Shown here in pieces: positions 21,465 to 33,509 of a stretch of DNA of 64,000 nucleotides (within the stretch, counting starts at the first letter, position 1; each line of letters starts with the position of its first letter). A program made the translations under genes and the position numbers. This stretch comes from Azolla caroliniana. Its lineage: Eukaryota > Plantae > Polypodiophyta. The stretch lies in contig JBHGNT010000021.1 in the NCBI GenBank assembly GCA_043228905.1, positions 9,052,001 to 9,116,000 of the forward strand, in the 5' to 3' direction. The notes beneath the pieces are model-generated. The model was given only the letters and a program-made list of their open reading frames with translations. It had not been told where the DNA came from and ran no database searches.

Positions 21465-24150
21465 AAAATCCATTCTCACTTGGGACAAGAGTTCCCTCTT
21501 CTTCCTTTTGTGATTTGCCGGCACCGTTAGGAATTGAACGGATTTCCCACCGTTTTGGCTCCGAATTCGCGCAAAAGCCGCACCGCTATCGAGCACCTTC
21601 GTCTCCATCCGTGATGCCGTGATAAAGGGTTGGCCGAGGATGACGGAATGTGAAACCTCATCTTGCACGAAGAAATTTTGGTCGATCTCGACATCCCCGA
21701 ACTTCACCGTCACATCCGGACAAGCCGCAAATAGATCTTCCGTTGCTTTGGTGGCCGCCCGAATCTTCCATCCATGGTTGGTGTTAATAGGCCACTTCCC
21801 CTTCCGGTAGAACTCCTTGGACATCAAGTTGATCTCTGATCCGTGATCAATCAATGCTAGCACGGGTTCTTTGATGTTGCCGATTCGGACCGGAGTCTCC
21901 GTAGTCGCGCGTGCCCAATGTGGCCTTGTATAGTGGGAGTTCGGAATTTCGTTCTCCACTTCGGTGTCGTTCATTAAAACGGTGTTCGCATTCACCCTTG
22001 GAGAATTTTCCTCCGTACTTTGTCTTTTTCGCTTCACGAGATCCATGAGAAGATCGTGGAACTCCTTCTTTGCTATTCCGAGTAGCTCCCGAAGCGAGAA
22101 ATCTACCTGGCTATCCAAGATTCTTTCCTCGAACACTCTTTTCAAGTCGGTTTGTTGTTCTATGTCCGAGGCGAGCTTGAATACCGGAGTCGCCTTTTCT
22201 TTTCCCTTACCTCCGGAGTTCTAGCTTTCCGGTATCTTCGATGGCCCGGTCGCATCCTCCATGCGTCGTCGTTTCTCGTCCACATACACCTCATGCAATT
22301 GACATAGGGCGTATACGCTATTCTTGTCAACAGGGCACTCCCATCTCGTAGCTTCCCGGACGCCTTCCGTGGTGCTTCGGATCTTGTTGGAGTCGGTTTT
22401 CTCGGTGTTTTCTAGAACTTCCGGCCAAAAAGACGTATGTGCGCTCGATGACTCCCCGACACATATTCCTGCGGTTGTCGCATAGTTGCTTCTTGCCGCC
22501 AATTCCTCCTCGAGCACCTTCTTCATGCCGCCTTTCCGGAAGTTTGGTCAGGGTGGCTTCCGAGAGTCCATCGAATGAATCCGGTTTCCCTCGTAGTAGA
22601 TGAGATCCCGCCGTAGCGCCTCCTTATGCTCGTCGCAATCCCTCCGATCGTGTTCGGCGCTATCGCACCATATGCACCGTCGGTCCGTATACTTGGAGCT
22701 TGTGGGGCGGTCATCCGACTTCTTCACCATCGTGATCTTCAGATTCTCCATCTCCTTCAATAGTTGCTCCACCGTAGATGCATCAATCCCCTTCTCGGTT
22801 GTAGTCTCCCAAGCCCTCGGTTGATGGTCTTCCAATCCGGTTCTCGGTTTCGGAATCGGTTCTGAAACCCTCTTTTCCTCGTTGGCAAGCCATTGCCCCC
22901 TCTTCGTGTATCGTGCGACGATATCCCGCACGCTTTCCCATGTTTCGGTGAGGCCACTCTCCTTGGTCGCGTCCTCCAAGAGCACTCCGAGATCTTTCCG
23001 GTCCCGGACGTCCACGGCTCGCAAGAACATGATCACCTTGTCCGGTACGAGGATAGCTTGATCTCTCGCGGACAACCTCCCGAACCGGCTTTCGAATGCC
23101 GAAAACACATCAACGACCTTCAATTCCTTGTCCGGCGTCTCCACCCAATCTTCGAATCCCCTTCGCGTTTCCTTGGAGGAATCCTCGATGGCAAACGTCC
23201 TCTTTAGCTCTTCTTCAAACGCCTCCCATGTCAGATTTTGATGTCGTAGCCCATGGATGCTTGCTTGAAGCCCGTTGGTCGCCACCCGGTTGAAGGACGT
23301 CACTTGCAGTCCTTCCGATATTCCGCACTGTAGCATCTCCGCCTTGTAGTCCCGAAGATACCGTGACATGTCTTTTCCGTTGAATTGCCCGTTTCGTTGC
23401 ACGAGCTGCTCCACTGATGCCGCTATCTCCGACATCGCGCGTTGTTCTCGTAGCATGCGCTGGAACATCATTGAAAAGAGAGATGATGATAGAAAAGAGA
23501 GAGAAGGAAGATATAGAAACCCAAATCTACAAAGATATATTAATAAGGAGTGATGATCATAGAAACAAGAGAAAGAAGATACATAAACTCAAGCCTACAA
23601 GGATGAATTGATCACTAGAAAAACGCACTACATGAATAGGCAAGAAAAACACCACAAGAAAAAAGCTCTCTTCTCACCACCTCACCCTTCTTGCTTTATA
23701 TGAAATTCTCCTCTAGTAGATAAGTTTCGCTTGCTTTCTTTTCCACGCTTTTTTTACAGCTTTTCCATCTCCTATTCTTAGCTATGATACAACGATCTTC
23801 TAATCGTCATATCTCCCTCATCCATGCTCCAAATTTAGAGTTTTAAAAAGCTACGGATAGCTCTCGTCATAAGCTTTCTAACCCATATTTACACGTGATA
23901 TTTGGGTGTCAAACGAGAGAGTTATGAGCATTTGTTTCTGACTGCGTTTTGGTGGTCTGCTTTTTCTCTTTTTAACTTTTCTCCATCTTTATTGCTTTTA
24001 TTTGGACTTATCCACGAGATGTTAGTTCATGTCCTTGTCCTCCAAATGTGAATCCTCCATACCTTATATTCTTTTAGTGTCCAATGGCTTGAATTCTAAA
24101 AACAGTTTCACAATCATCATCATGTTGCTAGCCTCCGGTTGATTTTCCAT
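21462..24150 (-). pseudogene. gag: gag-protease of element D, split by a solo LTR at 23472-24112
   Basis: MENQPEASNMMM joins MFQRMLREQR once the solo LTR is removed. CIWCDSAEHDRRDC knuckle and LIDHGSEIN protease. Confidence 0.88.
23472..24112 (-). repeat. Solo LTR (641 bp) of an otherwise unrepresented family inside D gag
   Basis: TG...CA ends, 5-bp TSD ATCAT at 23467-23471 and 24113-24117, AT-rich, with a TATAAAG box on the minus strand near 23700. Confidence 0.88.
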
Positions 24151-24168
24151 CTCCTTGCCACCCGGGAC

Positions 24169-24186
24169 TTCACGTCGGGTTCACCA
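24169..24186 (-). promoter_or_regulatory. tRNA-Trp primer-binding site of D (TGGTGAACCCGACGTGAA)
   Basis: Complement of the plant tRNA-Trp 3' end TTCACGTCGGGTTCACCA. The same PBS occurs at 32556-32573 and 47423-47440. Confidence 0.92.
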
Positions 24187-26604
24187 ACTGTATCGTGCCT
24201 TTCGGCTCCAGATCATTGCGTGAGTTGGGTGGGAACCGCTGAGGTTTTGGACTAGGAGGAAGAGGAATACAACTTAAGGCTAGTTATGAATAGTAGAAAG
24301 AGAAGTAAGATAGCAATCTCGTGAATCCCACGAGTTTAGTGTATTTAAAACAATATTTAGATTATAAGAGTAATTTAGATGGCAAAATTTGTGAATCCCA
24401 CGAATATATTAGATTGATCAATCCTTGTATATTAATCAACAACCTTATACATATTTCTCTCCTCCTTATAATGACGGAAGAGGCTAAGCATGGCTTCATG
24501 CTTTTTCACCAAAAGTGTCCATGCACACTAAATGTGCATGTGATGCTTTGTCATTTCCTAAGTATAGGGCTCATGCACGCTAGATGTGCATGAGTCACTT
24601 TTAATGTCACGTGTAAATAAAATATTCACACCCTAAAGAATACATGATTTTTACCTTTTAATAAAGGTATGTGTAAATAGAGGTCTTATACGTATTAAAT
24701 CTATATGTATAACACTAAAGATAAGTTATTATAATGGTAAAGTTGAGGTTTATCTACGTGGAGGTGCAAGGTTCGAATCTTGCCCTATGCATGTGATAAG
24801 TATTTTGATATATTATTTATTTATTTATATGTATTTAAAATCGGATATATTACTTTATGGTTTTCACGTAGTGTGTGGAATACAGTACGACAACGTAGAC
24901 ACAAATTTTCCTGTTCTTCTTTGGTTCGACTACAATCAGACTAAGCTAGGTTGCCCTTTTCACTGGTTGGATGAACCCGATTTTTAAGAGCTTATCGATT
25001 TCTTCTTTTACTTGAGTTGCATAATTTGGGTTCATCCGGTAACGCCTCTGTTGGACAGGGTTTTTCAAACAATGGCTTGATTCGAGCGTTCTCTTCCAGA
25101 TAATTTTCCAGTTCTTCTTCATCTAATCCCACAAGCATGTGGAATTCCTCCACATACATTGGAGTCATAGCTTTAGTGGGTGGAGTGCTCTCCTACGTCC
25201 ACACCCAGACCTTGCCTCAGCCTCGGCAAAAGCTGATGTTGTCGTGCTACCAATTCTGCTTGATGTTTGTCAAGTGCAACCATGGGGCAATCAAGGGCCA
25301 ATATGACGACCGATATCTTGAATGTATGTCAGCCTATCACGATCTTTAACTTACGGAGTAGACCTAGTGGTTGGACGGATTGTGTATTTGCCATCCGGAG
25401 CCCGAATGGACACACTTCCCAATCTATGATGGCGGGGCGGTTGCAAGTGGTTTAACTAATGACGTTCACGCCAAAACCGCCATCGACTATACACCTTGAG
25501 ATTTCCTCCCCTTGTAAGATGACCTTAATGGCCGGGTTATGGTGATACACCACAATTGGCCTTGTCGTGGATTTTGCGAAATTGGCTAGAATTACTACCC
25601 GATCCATTCTACATAGACGGTTTTCGATTGCTTACCGAAATCAAGGGACCAAATTTAACAGCTTCTTCATTGTTAGGGTGACCAGGCAGTTTGCGAGGGC
25701 CTACCATACCGGATCCTCACCCATCATAGTGTCCTCCAGATACGATGATGATGCCTTGGCTGCCACGTCATGACCCATGCGATCAATGTTGGCCTCATTG
25801 GTTATTTCCACCTCGTCTTTTGCCTCTTTTCTTATGTCATCTTGCACTTCCCACTTGGCTGCCTTTGACTGGCTATGGGTGGTCACTTGTTGTACTTCCA
25901 TCATGATCGTATTCACCATTGGGCCCTTGCTCTTATCACGTCGTGGGCACTAAGTCACGCATGCCCTGGTTGTTGACAAAAAAAACAATGTAGACTGGAG
26001 TCATTTTTTTCTAATGTGGGCTGAGCCACAGGCTTGAGTAGTGGTGTGGGCTCATCACGAGGTCGTTGTTGATACTAATGTTGTTGTGTATTACGGGGCT
26101 TCCTACGGTAATTGCGGCAATTGTTATTTTGGGGACGACCTTGGTCTTCCTCCGAACTGTCGCCGTGGCACTGCTGGTTTCGTGGCTTTCTATCGCCTCT
26201 GTACATTTGTGTTTCGGCCTGCCCATCTTGATTGTTTGTGGAGTGCCGGGTCTCGTAGCGTCACCCTCTGCGGTCATTTAACCGGTCATTACAACAATAT
26301 TCATCTTCAGCACCGGGTCATTTGAAAGAGGTAATATGTCGCAATTTAAGAACATTCCATCCAAAAAAGGCACAAAGTAGGTCATTTCACAAAAAGGACC
26401 ATCACATGCATAAAGGGTTTTGGAAATTGAATCAAAATATATTGATTTATACCATGTCAAAAAATTTAGGGCTTTCAAAAAATGCCCCTAATAATCGACA
26501 CGTGAAATTTACAAGAGAACATACAAAAATTACAAAATGACTAACATGTATATTTATACATATTTGTGAATTGCCATATTGATGTAACATACAATATTTA
26601 CATT

Positions 26605-29297
26605 TCATATATCAGATCCATGACTTCCCAGAGATACGTCTTCCCCTACAGACCCACCCGATGAACTAGAAGAGCTTTGCGAGGACTCATCCTCATCATC
26701 ACTAGCAACCAATGCATTGTCTTCATCCAATTGCAATCCAATGTCACCGTGATTATGAGACATACTCCTTGTTCGTCTCTGTGTTGCGTCAATAGGCAGA
26801 TTTGGGATCTTCTCTTTTATTATCTTAATTGTTGTCTTTCTTAGATGGCATGTTTTGGTCAAGGAGAATTCATACACGAGTATGTCGACATTATCAAGTG
26901 CTAGACTAGACGTGCTTGGTAGATTCTTTCTTTTTTGCTTTCTGCTTGTCCCTTTGACATTCTTAACCACCTCTAAAGAGTACTTCCCTGTAAATGCATC
27001 TTTGGAGGAGGTATGATACCATAATAGACTTTACTTGATTGCCTTCATCATCCTTAATAATTTCAATGATTTTGGCAATCCAAAAGGGATGGCCCAACTT
27101 ATCACCCCCAACTAATGTTGCAACCAACATACTAACTTGTAGCTCATGTAGATTGCCTTACCACCTCGCCTTTGTAGCGTGTGATAATCTTGGTCCCTCG
27201 TAAATATCTCTTTGTCGTGGACGAACTAGATTATTCAATTCAAGATGATCTAGTGGTTGTAAAGGAGTCGCGCTTGCCATTGATGGGCCACCAAGCGCCC
27301 ATTCAAATTGATTTTGTAGTGGCCAGTACCCTGTAAAGTGGTTATCTAATATTTTATGTTGATGATTAAAGAAGACATCCCACCAAACCACATCCTGATC
27401 ATCGGTGTACTTTTTGGTTCGCTTGATATTTTTCTATTTTTCCTCAAGGCACCACATCCAATATATCTTTTTCTCTTCAATTGAACTACCAACAACCAAT
27501 CTTTTATGGTCTTCATAGGGCATTTTCTCGGCACCATAGATTATTGCATTTGGGAAATGCAATAAGAGCCTACATCCATCTTGTGGCTCCCATTGCGAAC
27601 TAGATGACTATTGTTTGGCATACAACATGGTTTGGTTGTGACCGACCACACCTTTTTGGATGAGGATGACGTGGTTAAAACTTATATTATTTAGCAGAGC
27701 AATAGAACCCTACATCCAGTCCCATCACCATCCAAAAAGAAGCGCTTGAAATCAAATACTTCACCTAAATGTTGCACATCTGGCTTGGGGGGTATAAGCC
27801 TCAGTAATCAACCTTGATAGCACATGAAGTGTTTAAGCATCGCACCTCGCTAATCTCTTGGTGAACCTACTAAACATTTGATCTATATGATCATGTGTAT
27901 GAGCAACTAGCAAGAAGTTGACCTTAATCTTTTTGAGAATACCCTTGTCTACTAACATGCTCAGGTAACCAAACACAGTTGAGTTCTTGTTTTCCCTCGC
28001 CGTGTTGTGAAGTTGCATGTATAGTATTGGTGGGAGTAAACCTTGCCAACTCTGCAGAACTCTTTGCATGACTGTAACTTTAAGATTAGGGTCGTTGTGG
28101 ATATTTGCATAAGTGTTGAACACTTGAGGCCTTATTTTCTGACAATACAAAAGACATCCTACTAAGTGCATATGCACTAGGCATTTATCTCCAATATCCT
28201 TGGGCAATCTTCAAAAATGTGGCAAACAAGTTTTCTTTTGATCCTTCCCGTCTATAATCAAGCACATGTATCTTTCTGGCGATTGAAGCACTTTTTGACG
28301 ATGGTGCATAGCTTTAGCTCTTTCCAACGCTTGGCTTTCTCGATGCTCTCTCAATAAAGTCTTATATTTTGTTATATTTCTTCATTTGTTGTACCATTCT
28401 TTGCCAAGCTTTTTAAACTCGTGCAAATCGAACAAACACCCATTTGGACCTTGCGGGATATGACGACATTGTTAAACTTCGATCTCCATAAACGATTGAA
28501 ATGCCTATATTGTATATCAGCTACAATTTCCAATAACATGTCATCCTTACAGGGTTGGTATACCTCATGATGAGTGAAGTTATTTGACATAATGTTCCAG
28601 TGGTGGGCATAACATCACATTGCTTCATGAAATAAATATCCATCCATCTAACAACATGTCGCCCAATCAGGCCCTTACATGAACATTCTCTACTGTTGAA
28701 AGGCACCCACCACCCCTTTAGTAATCGATGTTGAATTCTCTGTAACCTCATGTTCCCGATGCTATAAGCAATTTTAAAAGCAACTCGAAAACTCTTCATA
28801 GTAAGTGAAAGGTAGTAGTCCACCTGCATATTGGCAATCAAGAATGTATCTTGTTCGTCGCCATTGAGAGACAAATACTTTTGTTGTAACCCCCACAAGT
28901 TTGCCTTTCCAAATTTTGATAGACAAAGGTTCCCACAATATACCTTGCATATGTCAATTGAAATTTGTCGATTCCGACACAAAAAATTATATTGTTTAAC
29001 ACTCACTTGTTGAGGAGCTCTTTGAAAATTTAGAGGCTTATTGACACAGTCTTCGGTAGCATTCGATAAACTGGACTCGACATGAGTTGTATCTACTTTA
29101 ATATATCTTGCTTTACCTATGTTTAAAGGCTGTATCGAAAAAATTGACATCGAGCTTTGCTTTTGATTGTCGTTGGCCTTAACATGGCACCTTTTATTAT
29201 TAACATGGCTATATTCCTCAATTGAGAATAAGGAGTTATCAGATAATATAACAGGCTCAATAGAAAACAGAGAATTTTCACTCGACTTTGAGGACAT
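26605..29297 (-). pseudogene. Sola-like (DUF7869-type) transposase, with many stops and frameshifts
   Basis: CGNLCLSKF...AFKIAYSIG; F.RLW..KF.NV....MGVCSIC; YMCLIIDGKDQKKTCLPHF (~28212-28270); LYMQL[D>H]NTARENKN; FLLV[G>A]HTHDHIDQMFS; C-terminal PFWIAKI. Confidence 0.75.
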
Positions 29298-29426
29298 TTT
29301 GCTCAAGGCTAAGTAACACAAACAATGTCCAAAATAGGCACACGTTTGGTTCTATAATAAGACCATGTCCAAAAACATATTTTTTATTATTTTAAAAGAA
29401 ATAATTTTGAGAATACAAAAAAAAAA

Positions 29427-29436
29427 TTATATAAAG
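29427..29436 (+). promoter_or_regulatory. Putative TATA box in the short divergent intergenic region between the transposase and methyltransferase genes
   Basis: TATATAAAG about 130 bp upstream of ATG 29564. Confidence 0.5.
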
Positions 29437-32400
29437 GGAAGTCATCTTCTATATCTCATTATCACGTTCAAGCAGAAGAAGAGCACAGGAGCACAAGAGC
29501 ACTCAACAACCAAAATCGTCGAGTTTTCGCCTCCCCAATCAAGTAAACATCTCTAACATCAACATGAACAAGAGAAAGAAATTTGCCAAGTATGTTTTCC
29601 AACCCAACATTTTAGATTCCAGAAAGATTCCTTAAAGATTTATTTTTTTGTTTATTTTTTACTTCCATTTTCGACGGGAACTCGATGCAATGCATCAAGT
29701 TTGTGTTGAAAAATGAGATCTTTATGATCAATTGATTAGATTTGGTGAAATTTTTTGTTGTTTTTTGGTCTACTTCAAGTTTTTTATGTAACATTCTACA
29801 AAAAAACGTATATTTTTGCTAATTTTTACCTTATTTAAGAGGTCTATATTGTTTATTATTAACATTATTGTCATATCCTTGTGTCATGACTTGTTGTTTT
29901 CAGTGAGCCACGACAAAAGGTGCCGTCCTTCAAAGTTAAAATTCCATCACCAACAAAAAGACCTTCTGACACCATGATTAAAGTTAATTCTCCCAAAGCA
30001 TTTATCGAGTCAGGAGGTGACAACACCTCAAAGTCTTTTGCCAGTAACACACCAAAGACTTTAGGTGAAAAGAGTGGGGAGCCTCACTTGAAGAGCTACC
30101 CCCATGTGGAGTGGACAATGATCTACATTGAGGAAGAAGGGGACCTCCTTCTTATTCTTGCAAAGTCTGAAGGTGAAAGCAAGTTGCAGGTGGGAAAGAC
30201 ATTCACCTACGGCTACGTACGAAGCATCAAATATGAAGACAACGACTCATCGAACCTCTTCATCTATGTTGATAGCTCAGTGGGGTTTCGTAGAGTCAAG
30301 ATCAATGAACATAATTTCATAACTGACTCATGCCACCCTGAAGCCCTAAAGACAAAAAATAGCTTTATTGTTGCTTTGCGCCCGTACATTAATGGAGAGC
30401 TAATGGTCACACAAGCAACAACCCCACCAAAGTTTGCCAAGAAGTCCAAAGTGAAACATAAGAAGTACAAGAAAAGGCAACAACCAGAAGAGGACGAGCC
30501 GGAGGTCCTCGACTTTGTAGAAGATGAGGAGGAAGAAGTTGAGCTCGAAGTTATTCCTCCAGGGGGGCACATTTCATCGGGGATACTCGCCTCAGAACAG
30601 AATCGGATCAGAGAAAATATTGGGAAGATGACGAAGCTCTTTCGTAAAGGACAATTATTTCACTTACCAATCTGCTCTATTCGACGACCACCCATCGATC
30701 TGGAGATAGGAAGACGGGCTCTAGAAATTAGAGAGCCATATTCAGTGCATGTGCAGAACTTAAAAAGAAAAATGAAGATTAATCCACATGCGACTATAGT
30801 GCCATTCTTAGTAATGGTCAACCCAGATCAATGCCCTACTATTGTTGACTTCAAGTACAGTTCGGCAGATGATTATACATACTATGTGATTGGAGGATCC
30901 CACTCTGCCGAAGCCCGACGTCAACTGGTCAAGGAGTATCCTCTTACCCCTTTCTTCAAGTATGTAGAATGTAAAGTGTATGCAGGCCTTACACATGAAG
31001 AAGCCAAGTTGTTAGCTTGGCATGATAACAACGATAATGACTATAGACAAAAGATGTCATGTATCGAGCGCATCAGGTTCTTCCATCATGAGTACCTTGA
31101 TGCATTCCAAAAATTTGGTCCTCAGTTGCATCCTAGATTGCGGCGACAATGTTTGCTTGAAGTGGGGATAGCAGTTGACGAAAGCACCAAGTCTCAAGGC
31201 CTGAGGAAATATGACTCATGGTTTCAACTTGCCTTTAGAACAGGGGAGGTGTGGAACCTCCAAGATCACATTTTTAGTATGTGGGAGTGTAAAGAAATAA
31301 AGGGTCAAAAATCAAAGAAGGCTCGACCCACATGTGGAGATGAAATCTAAGTCACGTAAAATGACTTAGTAATTGAAGAGTTAACCGAAGAGATGAATCT
31401 ACTTCCTTGGTGGTCATTGCAAGGAATTAAGGATGACAGATTATTGATATCTGTATTATCAAGAGTGGGCGCCAAGGAGTTTAACCTTGATGAAATGGTC
31501 ACAAAGTTACAAAAGTGAGTCATCTATGTGCATGTATCATTTTGATTTGATTGCTTTGTTGATTTGTCCTTTTTTCTAATTTTAGTTTCATTTGTTTTAT
31601 ATCCATAAGGTGTATATGAAGATTCAAGAGTTGATGATGAAAAAATTGTCCCTGCCTACGTGGGAAGAAGTGGAGTAACCTTGCCCAAAAACGTCATCTT
31701 ATAAGGCTCTTGAAGAATTCTGTATCATGTTTAGAGAATGGGTATGTATGTTCTGAAAATATTAATTGATTTTTGGATAATGGGTGTCTTCTTACAAAAT
31801 TTATAATTACAGAAACCACCTCGTTCAAAGCAGAATAGTGACAACAATAAAGGCCTACCTAGTGCCTTCATCACCCATTTGGAATGAGCTAAGTACGAGA
31901 AACGTTGTCGTGAAGAAAACCGTCCACGAGCGGAATTGGTGCGCCGGAGCATAGGAACCGGCTCTTCATGCACGTACGCCTTATGTTGTACATAAGAGAG
32001 AATTAGGGACATGGAAGATCCTAGGTAGGTAGATTCGGTAGGTAGGAAGTTAATAGGAAACGGCTCCCTTCTTGCCTATAAAAGGAGGGAGACGAGGAAG
32101 AGGAAGGGATCGCGGAATCAGAGAGGACGAAGTGTTGTCGGGCTGTCCGTCGAAGGCTTCTCTCTCTTCCATACTCTCCGTAGCTTCTTTCTGTGCAGGT
32201 TTCGTGAGGCTCGCGCTGCTCTGAGGAATGCCCGAGTGCTTCCGGTAGCACCTCCAACCTACTCCTTCCTTTCTGAGCGTTTGCGAACAGGCATCGGCAT
32301 CTGTTCGCCGGCCTGTTCGATTGTAACCGACTTCGTGCTTTTGTTGTTTGTCTCTGTTAATATATACTTACATACCGTTGTGCCTCTCTGTGTTGGTTTC

Positions 32401-33386
32401 CCCGCTCGCGTCTTCGTGTCGAAGGGCCGTGTCCCTGTGGATCTACGCTCGCACGTAGTGGGTCCCTTCCCTTCTCTTTTCCCTATTGCTCTTCGGTACA
32501 AGACCCCAGAGGTCCCGCCTCATTCCACGCATCCGCGAGGAGTACCTCAACATCTTGGTGAACCCGACGTGAAGGAGGCGGCAGAAGAACAGAAGATGAA
32601 AGGGTCGGATCTTGCGGAGGCTATGGCTTCGGTCGTGGATCGGATATTGAGCGCACGCGAGGGCTCCGGCGCCCTCGACAGAGCCATTGAGGCGGTCGTC
32701 GGTATGATCGGCCGGTTCATCGGACAGGATACCAGGAAGTATTTGGCATCCTACGAGGCAGAAATGCTGATGCGGGACATTCCAGAAGAGAGGCGTCTTG
32801 CCGGGTTCCCTCGAGTGGCGATGCCGAGCATCCATGCGGAGGTGCTCGAGGTACGGGCGGAGAGCCGTACCTAGGAGGAGTTCGAGGGCCGACTCCTAGA
32901 AAAATATGGGCTGGACGACGCGCTCCGGCTTTCGAAACGGGACTTCATGGAATGGGTGGAGTCCCCCGGCAAGGGAAGAAATGCGTCGACACTCCTCCGA
33001 GAGTTTGAGGAACACTTTGCGCGCCTTTCGGCGCTTGACCGAACCGTTCTGGATACGAGCCGGGTCCTACTGTTCATCAAGTCGGTGGACGAGCGGGACC
33101 GGGATCAAGTCGGCTCCTTGCTAGAAATCGAAGACGGGCTGACGACCGACTGGACGGCGGTTAAGAGAGTATGTGGCCGTTTTGACAAACGACGAGAATG
33201 GGCTGACAACGGGGCGACCGGAGTGGGCTCTGTCACAGCAAGGAGGCTTGAACCGGCACCACAAGGGCGAAGGGAAGAGACCCGGGAGTGGCTCGAAACC
33301 GGTTCGGCTTCGACCGGCATGGTCAATGGCTCATCCGGAGGAGTAGCGCTGGAGGAGTTGACGCGGGCGATAAAGGATCTTCAGAT

Positions 33387-33473
33387 TGTTGGAAGCGAGG
33401 TCGTCAATGCGGAAGATCTTGAAGCATTCAGTTCTGTTCTTCTCCTGCGTATGACAGAATGTAGGTCGTTGCA

Positions 33474-33509
<36 letters not shown>

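Larger units (their letters stand above)
16531..24892 (-). mobile_element. Full-length degenerate Ty3/gypsy element D (Phygy-like)
   Basis: 702-bp LTRs at 16531-17872 (interrupted) and 24191-24892. TSD ACGT at 16527-16530 and 24893-24896. tRNA-Trp PBS 24169-24186 and PPT GGAGGGGGCGAG at 17873-17884. gag, PR (LIDHGSE), RT (FIQDLQPVN, FLDD), RH and INT. Confidence 0.95.

Noticed and set aside
23461-24065. Intron in the leader of D gag (AG|GTATGG ... TTCCAG| on the minus strand)
   Set aside because: The segment 23472-24112 has TG...CA ends and an ATCAT duplication, so it is a solo LTR.
29920-31350. Stand-alone 476-aa host gene
   Set aside because: It is most of exon 2 of the larger ParB-MTase gene, bounded by a splice acceptor and a premature stop, and lies inside a transposon.
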